Below, piece after piece: positions 38,481-52,012 of a stretch of DNA of 64,000 bases. The notes below the pieces were generated by a model. That model ran no database searches and had not been told where the DNA came from. It saw nothing but the letters and a program-made list of their open reading frames with translations. Numbering within the stretch: the first letter of the stretch is position 1; each line of letters begins with the position of its first letter. Source of the stretch: Vicugna vicugna (Eukaryota); the NCBI GenBank assembly GCA_013265495.1, contig MU058687.1, positions 992,001 to 1,056,000 of the forward strand, written 5' to 3'. The position numbers and the translations under genes were made by a program.

Positions 38481-38869
38481 CACTATACTCTTTCTTACAT
38501 TTTGAAATTTGCATCATACATGTTTTACTTGATTGAAATAAATACTTGCTAAAGGTTTTTAAAAGAAATCCTAGTAATCCATAGTCATTCAAAACAGATA
38601 ACCATCAACTTAGAACAGATCATTATATTCAACTCCTAGGGAATTATGAAGATGAATAATCCCAGAAAAATAAAAGGCAGAAATACCATTCTGTCTTTTA
38701 GTAGTTCTGTTTCAAAGTTTAGGGTGCTAGAAATTCTTTAGTATGTAAGAGTGAATCTGTGCTGTCTTGCTCTGGGCAACTGTGCTCATTTCATATCTCA
38801 GTGACAGACTCAACATTTTCCTAAATGGTAACTCAGTCTTTTTTGTGTGTGATTATTGGGGTGCTATAG

Positions 38870-38950
38870 GTAGAGATGGAAGATTTTGATGCAAATATTG
38901 AAGAACAGAAGGATGAAAAGAAAGATGCAGAGGAAGAGGAAAGCGAACTG
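38870..38950 (+). CDS. YLPM1: YLPM1 exon 17 (VEMEDFDANIEE…EEESEL)
   Basis: gctatag|GTA GAG … CTG|gtagga. Confidence 0.94.
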
Positions 38951-41900
38951 GTAGGAGACAGAACAACCACTTTGAACAAAGTGTCTCTTTATTAAAATTC
39001 TTAAGGTTTTAATTCAGATCTGTGATCAGATTACTGTTGTTGACATGTACCATAATGGTAAAAGTTTCCATAATCATCCTCCAGGAGACTTTTGGATACT
39101 TTTTATTTTTCCCCTGACCAAAAGAAAAGAACCCTCTACTGTGTTGTTATAAGAAAATTTTAAGAGTGCTAAGAAACTTACCCTTGTACTCACTCATCTA
39201 TTTGTGGGTGGCTTTAGGGGAGTCTACTTTTTAAGAAAATCAATTACACATGAAAGGGCATTCTTACATTCCAGCAGATATGTGGTACAGCCTACCCAGT
39301 GTATGCATAATTGTCTCTTCTTTGCTACGAGATGTCAAAATTGAGTTTCTGTCAACTAAGGCAGAAGAACGTATTGAATGAGGATGCAGAGGGTTGCCAC
39401 TGACTGCTGGATTTGTTCTGCATTTTATCCTATTAAGTGATGGGGGGAATGATTTGACTGTGTAGGCAATGCATTTTGCTTAGGCTGATTAAAGGCGTAC
39501 GTAGTATGAATTCAAAGTTCCCGTGTACCTACTGTAAATGCTTTTGATCACACCTCTGTAGTGATGTTTGCCTTACCCTGTCATTCAAGAATATGCGATC
39601 TATAGACTTACTAATGTTATTTTCAGTGTTTGCTAATGGGATACAGAGATTAGCGATACTTCGGAATAGTGTTGCTTTTTTAATTCAGAATACTATTTGG
39701 TTTATTTAATACTTCAGACCTTGCTAAAGCTGCTTTTCATATTTTTCTGAAAATGTACAAAGTGAGAACCCTGATCCCTACCCCATAGAGAATACAGACT
39801 CTCTAAGGAGTGGTCCCTTCAACCCATGTGTGTTATACAGGACTCTGGATAGAAATTGTGTGTTTATATAGAGATGGTGTCAACCTCTACATTCCTAGAT
39901 TTCATATGTGGATTAAAAAATAAGCTTAAAAGTTAATGGCATTTGAGTCTCAGTATTTTTTTTTCTTTAAACAAAGTATTTTTATGAATTAGGTTGTATT
40001 TTGACATACATGATCTAAGATGTAGGCAGGAAATTCACTTAAGGGTCCACGCTGTCCTGGAATATGGCTAATGACCTCTAGCTACTTGCAGCGTGTGTAC
40101 TAGGAAGCAGTCATGTGAGAAATCTATGTATAATGTTAGCTTTCTGAAGCTCCGTCTTCCTTTTGTGGAGATTTCAGTTCAGGGTGTGGTTCATAACATC
40201 TGATTTGCTTAGGTATAGGTCAAAACTTGGAACTTTTAATTGAATATACTATTATTTTAAAAAGTGAAACACACTATATTACTGTTTTTCATCAGAAACA
40301 TGGCAGTGAAGCCTTAAAACTCTACCCTGCTGGACTATCTCTTTTATTTCCAAGTGGCCTAATATTTCAAACAGTGAGATGATTTTACAGTTTTAAGGAA
40401 GAACAGGGTGGTTCCAGCAGGGGGGAAGCTAATATATATACTCGTCTTGTTTATCTTTATGTGATAAAACTTCTCTTAACCTTTTTTCAAAATGCAGAAT
40501 CCAGATCTTCTACTCTTGGGTTCTATTCCAAGAGTAAAAGATTATTGGAGAATTTTAATCAAAGGGTTAAGAGCAAGTCTCATGTCATTCAAACCACCTT
40601 AATGGAATTATCACTGAACTTTGCGTTTTCTACTCTGTACTGATTACTCCAGCTGGGTGAAATCCAAACTTTTCTTGGTTAAGAGACTCCTTTGGGGGGA
40701 TCAATGGTATATTTTATCTTTTTTAGTGCTTCATTGAACCTAATAGATATGACTCAGAATTTATAAATATATTATTCTAGTTATGCTTAAGGTTTTCAGA
40801 TGATCTTTGAGATATAACTGTACAGATTCCATCAGTACAAAACTTTTAGCACCATTACTTCAGTCTCGCTTTGTCTTGGTTTGTTCTAAAAATGTATTTG
40901 GAAAAGATGGCATAATTTATAACCTGAAATACTACCTAATAAGTTGAAACTGAATTCCTATTCCGGCTTAAGGACTAGAAATGTATAAAACCTGTAGGTT
41001 TTCTGGAAGAATGATGATGCTCTAGTAAACTCTTACACAGAAGCTATTGTTATGAAATGTTCAGCATACTTTCCAGCTTTACCAGTGTGTCAGTCTATTC
41101 TATGAAGTTGAACATTCCCAATAGTAGAGAGATACGTTGATTCTTAAAAGAAGATGCTGACACCTTTGATGAATCTGTCCTGTATAATAAGTCCTAGTAA
41201 TAAAGTTCTGTATGTTAGGATCTAATGGAGAATAGAGTCCAAATGAAGGAAAAGGGGAATCATAGTGAATTATGTGGAGAAAGCATATACTTGCTAGGTG
41301 AATAAACTGAAGGACTTAACTTCATAGTTAAATAGGTACCTTGGGAAATTTGAAAATCTTAGATAGGATTTGGTTTAAAATAAACTACCCAGATATTTTA
41401 TTAAATGAAATATAAATTGCCTGTAGAGATTTCTATTTTTTTATATAATAGGAAAATGTAATTTTAAAAGACATCAGAAATAATAATCTAGTTTCCAACT
41501 GATGAAAACGTAATACTCTGAAATTGAGTCAGCATAATTAGCCTTTGTGAGATCTGACTGGTAAATGGATTGAGTCATTTTAAAATGAAATTGAATTTCA
41601 TAGTTGTGTTCAGTGATACCAAGTTTTCTCCTTTCTTTCGAGTATCTAAAATTATACTGGAATATAAAGTAACTGTCTTGAAGAACACTCTTTGGACCTC
41701 ATGGCTACTATCACTTGAGAATAGCAGTTGTATTTAGAAAATCACCTAGCTAGTATTATAATCCTCTGCTACTCTGAATGACAATAATTTTAGCACAGTA
41801 ACTACCATACATTCTTACAGTATTTGCTGTACAGCTGTTGTTCAGACTACAGTTGTGTGTCCTGAACTGTAGCCGCCTCAAAGCGCCTTCATGATACTAT

Positions 41901-42119
41901 TCTGAAGTGACTACTCTGAAATTTGGCAGTGAAGTTTGGTGAATTTGGTAATTTGGTTTCTTCAAAGATAATGAGACTGTGTTTTCCCTAAGGATATATT
42001 TATAACTAGTGAGTGGAAACTGAATCCATTCCCAGTTTTAATGCTTTTCCAGTTCAAAAGTGATATGCATGTATGTGTCTCTTTCTAACCCTTCGAGCTT
42101 CTCTCTGTGTACGATTTAG

Positions 42120-42171
42120 GGTTACATTCCGAAAAGCAAATGGGAGATGGACACATCTGAGGCAAAGCTAG
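42120..42171 (+). CDS. YLPM1: YLPM1 exon 18 (GYIPKSKWEMDTSEAKL)
   Basis: acgatttag|GGT … CTA G|gtgggt; ctaac branch-like site upstream. Confidence 0.93.
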
Positions 42172-45100
42172 GTGGGTATTTCCTTTTTCCTGTTTTTATA
42201 TGTGATACCTGATGGTAATGGTCATAGATCTTTCTGCTGTAAGAAGAACAAATTTCCCAAAATTTCTGCTTAAACCAAGATTTTTGGCCTACCTTACATC
42301 CTTAGTCTGTTTTGCTGGCTTTCTTTGTATCTTGTGACAGAGTAAAAGAAGAGTATTTTAAAAACACTACCTTCAGTACCACTTAAAGTTTTTAGAGTAA
42401 ATGGAAATATGTGATAAATTTAGTAATAAAATACTGTCACTTTTAAAATCCGTTCTTTAATATTAATCAGAAACGTTAGTGCCAGTGAGATTTCTACTTT
42501 TTTAAAAGAATATTTAACTGCAATCCAAAGTTGAACCTGATTATGAATACTTTGGGTAATAATAATAGTAATAATAATAAAAATTGAAATTTAAAAAATA
42601 ATTAAAAGATAGTTATTTTTGTTGTATGATAAATTAGAGTTTCTGAATGGGAGAGGTAGATATATAATTCAGGTTTTTGAGGAGCCTGCTTTGTAAGATT
42701 CCATTTAAATTTTCCTTCAACTTGTCTTTAGTGCCAGATTACAAGGTAAACTGGTTAAAATAATTGTCTAAATCAAAAACTGGAGTTGCTTAAAGTGAGG
42801 CTGTCTGTCAAGCAGAAAATCATATATATGCAATGGATTTTCCTCCAAAATTTCATACTAATATTGCAGTACTTTTTTTTTTTGTAACCTCACCTAAAGA
42901 GAACCATTTAACATACCAGGATGTATTATAAGATAATGGGATAAGAGTTTTTGAAAAGATTGACCTTACTAATGTATGAAGTGTGACTGTTGGTCTCTTC
43001 ATTTCTCTTGCTGTATTATGCTGCTACTCTAAAGCTGAAGTAACCAGAGAAATATATCTTAAATTCATAGAACAAATTTGAGTCATTTAGCTGCTTCACT
43101 GTTTGGGGCATATTATCTTTGTTTCTGACATCAGAGGGATACATTTTATACACAGTTGCATAGGCTACACCTTTTGTTTTGCCCAGATGATCATGTGAGC
43201 CATTGATATTGACCAGGTCCCATGTTAAAAGACAATTCCATAAACTGTAGTTATTACCATATTATTGGGATAGGTGCTTTGTGCAAAGTCTGAAATATTT
43301 TTCTAGTGTATGGTATGTGAAAATTATATATAGTTACTGATATATTCTTCCACTCATCCTCCCTCTGTGGGAAATCTTAATAAAAACCAACTATCTCCTT
43401 CCCTAAACTTTCAAAGCATTCATAATTGTTTAAATGCAATTAAATATGTAGGAAAATCATAATCACAAATTTCTTTTTTAATAATACTACTTCAGGTCTG
43501 TTTATTTTGACATTAGATTAAATCTCATATTCTATACTTACAGAATAATCTGTAAGGCTGTGTAAGATCATTCCTTCTTTTCTGGTTCTCTAAATAGTGA
43601 TTATCTTTTGGGGCAAAGAGAAATGGTAAATAAAGAAACAAGGGGAATGTAAAAGTGATAAATATTTTAGTTAAGCATATGATCTTTAGAGGCTGTCTGT
43701 AATATATTATCTAGGATAATGCTTTTTTTAAACTTGAGCCAGTCCATTTTCTATTTTCCTTTCTAATTTCTAAAGAGAAAGGAAAATGGAATTTAGTTAT
43801 TACAATTCAAGAAAATATGACATTAATCTTGGTGTTGATTTCTGGAAAAAAATTCTGACCTGTCCACCATTTGCTTGTCAGAAAATACATTTGACTTCGA
43901 TACAAATTCAGTCCGTTTTAAAGACAGAATGTTAGTAAATTCCAAAAATAGGATTGTTAAATAAACCATTTCAGGTAAAGGCACTGAAGTTCTAGTAATG
44001 AGTTTAGGAAAGAAATTTTAACATGTTTGCAGTTGGGTTTTTGTTTGTGATAGTGATGTTTCATATAATGACTTGCCTCTTGCACCACTGTATTATCTTG
44101 AGAGCTAAACCATCTGTAGAGGAAGGCGAACTGAGTGTGCGCATTCTTGAAAGTGCTTGTTTGTTTCTTTGAGATTGGTCCATGGAGCCAATGGAGAAGA
44201 TTCTTCTCTAAAACATGACTCTCTTCATCTGAGAATTAGCATATTTACGTTGCCTTCCTTGTCATAAATTCAGTAGATTTGAATACCAGGCACAGTTTAT
44301 TTTTCTGAGTACTTTACCAACATTCTTAAGTTACTCTTGGTAACATGATTATGCTGGGTGGAAACAATATTAAGCTTTAGCAGTGTCATACATTGAGCCA
44401 GACTAGCTGAATCTATAACTGAGGAATATTGATTTACAAATGAGTCTGCCAGTGAGAAAATACTCACCTATAATCGTCAAGCAGCTATTAAATCTCATTG
44501 CAAATTCTTGATCTATGTTCAGTAAGTACAATATACAGTTCAGCCAATGTGTGAGTGTTAAATTGAAAGTGGTGTAATCTTAGAAAAATTCAGAACTAGC
44601 CTGAGCTGCATCTGGCATGGGTGTCATGGAGTTGTTGAAGACTGAGTGTGGCCCACCTTCAGTAGCACCTGACTGACTCCCTTCCAGCTGGAACACAGGC
44701 ATCCTAATGCAAGGGTGGGTGTTACATGCCATACTGAATGCTGGGATTTCAGTATTGAAGCTACTTAAATTCCGCTAACATGATTTTGGTTTCTTAAACT
44801 GAGAAACCAAAAGAATATTTGAGACTGTTACCATCTCAATTTAGGTTTCTTTATATCAAGTACTTTTGCTTTTCTCATCTCAGTGTCATTTGTCTCTGCT
44901 TATGAGTTACTGTGTACTGGCCTTCTACGTGTCAGGCAGTTTCATCTCTTCAGTTATTATTTATATAGGCACGTAACTCTTGTATGTTCACCATGAACAA
45001 ATTTTCAGAAATAATTATGTTTAGAAAATACATAGATGTATCTAAAATTTTTTCCTGTTGTGCTGTAATAATAATATAATCTGTTTTGAAGATGTGGTAA

Positions 45101-47216
45101 AATTCTGTGACCTGCCAAGTTGGATATTTAAACTTTCATCTTCATCTTAAAACTTCACCTTTTGAAACTCAAACCTCTGGGAATCATTAGCATGAGTGTA
45201 TTGGACACCAGTTGTCTTCTGTAACTAACAAACACCCGATTCCTCTTCCCTCACCTTATGCCATACATCTGTGTGTTTGGGTTTCCAGGATGCCATCTGG
45301 AAGAGCTATGAACCTTTCTTCAGCCCCAAGAAGGAAACTTTAAACACGCTGTGCACAATAAAATTTCAGATTAAACATTACAAACAAGGGTTTTCAGACT
45401 AGATATACATGCTCTTCTGAACTTCATGTTGCAAATATGGGACTCCTGGTCTATAACTCCTGGCATACACCCGGTGTATGAGGGAAAGTTCTTGCAGGTT
45501 TCACACTCCCCTTCTGTATTGCTGCCTGGCCGTGTTCTATTCTTAGGTTTGAAATATGAAGAGTTTCCCTTGAAATATGTTAATGTCAAAGATGATCTTA
45601 ATAAGTTGGAAATCCTTTGAGGTTTATTTAATAAGTGTGTTGGAGCTGCCTACTCTTCTGAATACTGTATGTACGCTATTGAACTGAGAACAGATTTATT
45701 GTTTATGGGACTTCCTTGGTTTTCTAATACCATATTCTATGTCCCTGTGCAATCAAGGTGTCACTTCTTTAAGATCTTGTATAATATGGCCTGTCATACA
45801 TATGTAGATTAGAGCCATTTGGTACAGCATGTGTTTTACAGAGGAGATTAGAAGACTGTTTCTGTTGAACTCATCCATGTTAAAAATTTTCCAAAGTGAT
45901 ATGATAAGAATTTCTTGAGTTTTGTAAAGTGTTGTAATTTGACTTGCTGATTTTTCAATAATATTGCTTTTATGGGGGAGGAGCTTAGGAAATAAAAGCT
46001 TTGCCAATTATGCAAACTCTTACTGGTTTTTGAGGCCTGTATGGTATGGCACAGTTAGTTGTGTGTGAAACGTTTGAAGCATAAACTCACCTTGCCTTCT
46101 GCCACTGTTTCCATTGTACTTTTCTTTTTGTATCAAGTTCTCGCCAATTTGGTGTCTGAAAGGTTTCTATTATATACACTCTGTACCCTTTATGAAGTTA
46201 AATGAAGTGTGGTTATGGTGTGTTTCTGTTTAGGTTTTCCTTTATTGACCTGTTAATAATATTGTGTTCACAACTACACATGAGTCAAAAGTTTAGTGCG
46301 TCAATGTAGCTAAAAAGAAAAATACATGCATGTTTTATATGTATATAAACATATTTCACATGTAGAATTCAAAATCAGAATTAACAACCAATAAAAAAGA
46401 CAACACATTTTCATCGCATGTTCTTGAAGACACCTAAACTCATATCTCATAATTTCTGAATCAGCAATCCCTGTTCATTTAATTGATTACAGCTTGCGGC
46501 CTTTGGAAAGCCTAGCCCTCTCGGATTGAGGATTCAGAAAGACAATTCAGACCCGGCCACTTCAGCTGACTAGCCCTTAGCCTCAGAATGGTCAACAGCA
46601 TTTCATAGTATAACCAAAGAAAGTGGTGATTTGTGTAGTCAACTTTTGCTTAAACATTAACTCATAGTGAATCCTCTCATAGCATCAAAATCCCAAGAAA
46701 CCGTTAATCTAAAACCTTTCTAAACATTACCTTGGCTCACTGAGTTTTTGTACTACATGCTTTTCATACGGCATGGTATCACACATGATTGCAGGTCAAA
46801 TGGGTGGTGTTGATACTGTTTTCAAGGAAAAAAAAAAGAATGGAAGAAATTGTGTTTAGAAAAACCCAGTGTTATGTTTTCCTTCAGAACATGAGAGTTG
46901 AAGTGTTGTGATTTTAGCCAGGGTAGGAGGACGAGGAGGCCAGGAAACAAGTGCCTTCTCTTGCTCTGCCCGTATTTGTTACTTAAACCAGCACAGTAAT
47001 GTAAAGGCTGACAGTGTGAATACCAGATAAACAATGGAAGTTGCACAGAACTTGATATTACCTCAGCCAAGAAGATAGTTGGGATCTGCAAGTAAGCTGC
47101 TCTCAGAAATGCGGATGTGCCCTCTCACAGTGTTCCAGCCTTCTTTTCCCTTGTTTGTGTGTTGTGTGCAAACTCACACTCTTCCTTAATGCTACGGCTC
47201 TGTGTTTGTCCCTCAG

Positions 47217-47347
47217 ACAAGTTGGATGGCTTGAGAACTGGTACTAAAAGGAAACGTGACTGGGAGGCTATTGCCAGCAGAATGGAGGATTATCTTCAGC
47301 TCCCTGATGACTATGATACCCGTGCTTCTGAGCCTGGGAAGAAGAGG
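47217..47347 (+). CDS. YLPM1: YLPM1 exon 19 (DKLDGLRTGTKRKRDW…EPGKKR)
   Basis: tgtccctcag|AC AAG … AGG|gtaaga. Confidence 0.95.
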
Positions 47348-47589
47348 GTAAGAGACTGTCAATAACCACCACCAGAGAAAGGGCTTGTTTAGGCATCTGG
47401 TTTTAGAAAGTTATAGACATATTCATATGAATGCTATTTTTTTGAGAGTGATATGGTTTATACTATATCATATTACACGTTAAAAAAATTAGTCAGCCCT
47501 TACAAATTATCAGATTGAAAGGTAGAAATAACTTAAAAAATGGAGAATAGACCCTCAGGTGGCTAGATGTTTTCAGCCTTAAAGGAGTT

Positions 47590-48730
47590 TGGAGTGGCTG
47601 CTTGTGCCATTTTGTCTTAGGGCAAAAGACCAGATGCAAAGTAGAGTATTGAAGAGAATCTGTGGGACTTCTTAGTGGATTAGATGTGGAGAGCCCAGGA
47701 TGGATGGAATCAAAGGTGACTCTTCAAGGTGCTGACATAAACATTCCATTTACTGAGTTAGCAAAAAAGTAGGGGAGTTGTAAGTTTGAGAGTGAAAAAT
47801 CAGCAGTTCAGTGAGTGTACCAGTTAAGTGATAATGGGACTCAGGACTCCAAAATTTAAAAGTTCAGATAGAGGTAACTGTTTGAAGAAGTAAAGAATGG
47901 TGCATTGTTAAATGATACTGAGAAGACAGGTAAATTGGGAAAAGAGAAAATAGCCATTGGATTTGGCAACGTGGAGATCATTGATGATTGATCAAAAATA
48001 AGTCAAACTTTCTTAGAGAGTTGAAGGACAGAAGCAAGTTTGGAGCAGACTGAAGAAGAAATAGGAAATGAACAGCAAATGTAGACAACTTTTTGAAGAA
48101 GCTTTGCTATGAAAGGGAGCAGAGAAATGAAGCCAGGATGTTGGATAAGTCTTCCACATAGATGTCAAATTCAAGAAAAGTGATATTTGCATCTATCCTT
48201 TAAAACAAAATAACAGAGTAAGAGGGATCATAGTGTATATGATCTACATCAGCCTATTCCAGCTGGTCTGTCTTGATCTTTCTATGTAAGTATGTACAGA
48301 CCTACCCTTCTTTTTAAATGGCTGCCTAGTGTGCCAGTTGGTTGAACAATTCGTTACATATCCAGTCTCTTGTCAGTGGATGCTCGTGCTGTTTTCATTT
48401 TATTGTTACTATAAATACTGTGGTGAAGTCATGATACGTATGCCTTGGCATCTTTTGGACAATATATCTCCAGCTTATATTTTTAGCCTTAAAGCTTCAA
48501 GCTCATAGAATATGATTTATCATTCTGTTGGATATTGTGGGATAGTTTTCCCAAAAAGTTGTACCTATGTTTATACCCACATGTAAGTAAATACCTATTT
48601 TTCCACACTTGCACCAGCAGTGCTGTTATCAAACTTTTTAATTTATGGCAATCTGATAGGTGAAAAAAAATTGTATCTTGTTTTGCATTTCTCTGAGTAA
48701 GAATGAGATTTTTACATACCATTTCTTTTT
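47590..48730 (-). mobile_element. L2 fragment (~47590-48150) and old L1ME fragment
   Basis: ccattggatttggcaacgtggagatcattgatg…gaagctttgctatgaagggagc; tttatggcaatctgataggtg…tgcatttctctg. Confidence 0.6.
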
Positions 48731-51049
48731 TTTTATGAATTCCCTCAGTACTCTAATATTAAAAGAATATTTATTATAAAAGAATAAAAATGCCAGTAAA
48801 ACTTCATTATAGTGGATACCACTACGTAGAACTCCAGGTTTCAAAACTCTTTCAAATATCGCAGACAGTCCCTAGGCCTGCCCTTGCCTGTGTGTCTTAA
48901 GAGGATGGGGAAGAGAGACCTGATTAGTGGCCTTCTGTACGTGCCCAGCTCCACCCAGAGACTACTTGTATTGATACCTCATATTCCAGTTTTACAGTTG
49001 GAGCAACAGAAGTAGAAATAGCTCTTTCTTGGGAATAATAATTTGAAGTGTAGTTTGGTAACAATGAATTGTCTCAAGTGAGAAATATTTTTCTCTAGTT
49101 CAGTTTTAGTCAGATAACTATTGCTGTCTTCTATAAGGAGTATGTGATCCCATGTAAGTTATTTTGTAAGCAGGGTGGGTATAAGTGGCTCCTCTTTTAA
49201 CTCTCCTCCCTGCCTCCCACCCCCTTTTTAGATAATTTTTGACACTTAAACCACTCACCAGAATCAACATTAGAGCCCAAGGAAAGCCTACAGGTAGCAA
49301 GGAATGCCAGCCTCATTACTCATTCCTTTGCTGAGGTCTCTTGATTTCTGTAATTAAGCTTTTTACAAATATTGGTCAGGTTCCTGGGATTAACTTTCGC
49401 TGCAACACAAAGGTAGTTCTGTAGAGTTAATCATATTAGAATTTTACCATAATGGCTAAGTTTTAAAATATAATTAATTTCTTAAAAGTTTTACTTGTTT
49501 ACTTGGGTATAAAATGGTAGCTCAAGTGGACTTTAATTTGTGTTTCTTGATTGCTGTGGAAAAGTCAACATTTCCCTTGTTTTGTTTGCTGAACCCCATA
49601 CATTTTAGAAATATTTTTGGTGACAGTGGATGCAGTATACATACCTGAAACGAGTGTTGGTCAAGACTTTTCTTTATTAAAACATTTTGTTTACAGTAAA
49701 GATAAAGGGCAAAAAATTGATATTATAAATCTCTACCTCTAGGAAGATTGGAAGGGACACTTACATTTAAGAAATCATTTCTAGCTGAAAGCCATTATTC
49801 TACTCCTTGTGTTTCTAGAGTTTTGGTAGTCATTCATTCATTCTACAACATTGCATGTCTGTGTGTCAGGTCTGTGCCTGAGGCCTCTTAATGAGTGGAC
49901 CTAGAGTAGAGGAGTCCAGAATGTAAATAAATAATGTTAATGTATCTGTCTGTTAGAGATGTGAACAGAATACAGTAGTTTCCAAAATATTTTCATTTCA
50001 ACTTTAAAATTTTGGGCATTTGTGCTAAAACGTATTGCCTATCTAAAAAGTAATTACATACTTTTCTAATTCCATGTTCTTTAATTTATCTGAGTTTTAA
50101 AGACTTAGAATTTAAACTGCAGATTTAAAAATTAGCCTTTAGTTTACTCAGGGCAAGATTGATCAATGTGTTTAATTCTGCTAAGGATGGACTGTGGACT
50201 GGTTACCGATTCTTTGTTAGTGGCCACAGTCCATCTGTCCATCCATCCATCCATTTTTCATCCCCGTTAACCACAGTCATCTTTTGCCAGGATGTACACC
50301 CAAGAACTGAGAGTGTATGAATCTGTCGAAATAAATACATCAGCATTAATGGGCAGAAGGCTCAGAGAGCTTGGTATACAAAAGCCCACATTATTTATTA
50401 GGCTTTTTACTAAAGCCCATGAAGGAAATTGAGCCATAATTTTTCTACCCACTAAAAATCTACTTTAAAAAGAATCAGGTGGTGTCCATTTTTCCCCACA
50501 AGTGTAACTATGTGTTTTGTCTTTGGCCAACTGGTTGCTGAAAACAATGGTCAGGGAAAACAAAATGAAACAAAAGCCTAATCATTTGATTGCCGTTCCC
50601 TTAGATGGTGATAGGAGGGTGAGTGTACCTCTGAGAACAATAACACACTTCCAGGTCCACAATGAAGAGCATGCTCTGGTTCTTTTTCCTGTGACAGACC
50701 ACAGTCACAATAAATCACAAGCCGTATTTAAAATGCGATCTCTGCAGACTTTGGTACTGTGCACTGCAAACCTGTTTCATAGTCTAAGTATTTCATCTTT
50801 TACAGAATATACCTGTTTATATTTTTAAATTAGTAATATATGTAAAAATATGTATTTTTAAAAAAATATCAGAGTACCAATAAAAATGTCCCTGACCTAT
50901 ATATTTGTAGCTATAATTTTGCCATAAATAACATCAGCTGAGTCTGCCTCTTGGCCTATTTATCTCATAAATCAAAGTAATAGTACCAGCTCCCTATTTT
51001 CTCTCTAAGATTAAACTTCAAAAAATATTTGTTATGTGGAGTTAAATAA

Positions 51050-51680
51050 AACTCAGTCCTTGATCTAGGGTATCTACAATCTGTTAGGGAAGAGAGATCT
51101 ATAAATGGATAATTGCAATATCATGTGGAAGTTCAAAACTAGACATGTCAAAATCCAGAAGTAACTCCAAGGAGGCAGTGATTAATTATTTTATTGGCAA
51201 AGGACAAGAGGGATAAAGAAGAGGTTGTTGACTAGGTTCATGCCAAGTAGACCAGATTAGAGCACAATTGTTTCAGGAAGAGAATCTAGTATATGCAAGG
51301 TTACAGAGATGGGAAATGGTCCAGTGTGCTCTGAGAGCTGAGAGTAATTTTGTATTGCTGTATAAAATGCCATAGGTGCTGCCCAGAGATGCTGCAGAAT
51401 AGTCAGGGCCAGGCCCAGAGGGACTTGGATGCTTGGATTTTAGTCTGTAGAGGAACGATTTAAAGCAGGTGAGAGTCACAGCCGTGTGTATTTTAGGGAG
51501 ATTCCTCTGGCAGAGTGGACTGTGGAGGGAGTAAGAATGAAGATAGGAAGACTAGGTAGCAGTTATTGCTTTACTTCAAGTGAAAAATGAGGCCAGTGAA
51601 CTAAAAAGGAGTGACAGAGGAGGTGGAGGGGACAGGGCTGAACTGTTCAGGAGCTGGAGTGATTAAGACTTGATTTACTA
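51050..51680 (-). mobile_element. L2 fragment
   Basis: ggattttagtctgtagagg…gatttaaagcagg…ttttagggagattcctctggcag. Confidence 0.65.
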
Positions 51681-51865
51681 GAGAGTTTTTTCTTTCTATA
51701 ACTTAAGATCTGTGGCTTTCTCCAATTCTCCCCAGTTAATTTCTAATTTTTTAAACTCCTGGTTTCAAATTAGTTATCCCACCTTTTAGAATATTCAGAG
51801 AGCTAAGAGGTTCTTTGCATATTTCTTCATATCTAAGGCCCAGCCTAATGCTGTATTCTTTTTAG

Positions 51866-52012
51866 GTGAGATGGGCAGACCTGGAAGAAAAGAAGGATGC
51901 AGATAGGAAAAGGGCCATAGGTTTTGTGGTCGGACAGACTGATTGGGAGAAGATCACAGATGAAAGTGGTCACCTGGCTGAAAAAGCCCTCAATCGAACC
52001 AAATATATATGA
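51866..52012 (+). CDS. YLPM1: YLPM1 exon 20, coding part (VRWADLEEKK…NRTKYI*); exon continues to 52048
   Basis: ttctttttag|GTG AGA TGG … ATA TGA; donor AAG|gtaagg at 52049. Confidence 0.96.
   Translation: MRWADLEEKKDADRKRAIGFVVGQTDWEKITDESGHLAEKALNRTKYI

Noticed and set aside
47180..47216. U12-type branch-like TTCCTTAA upstream of exon 19 (similar at ~30250)
   Set aside because: No upstream RTATCCT donor at the annotated exons; all donors are U2-type.
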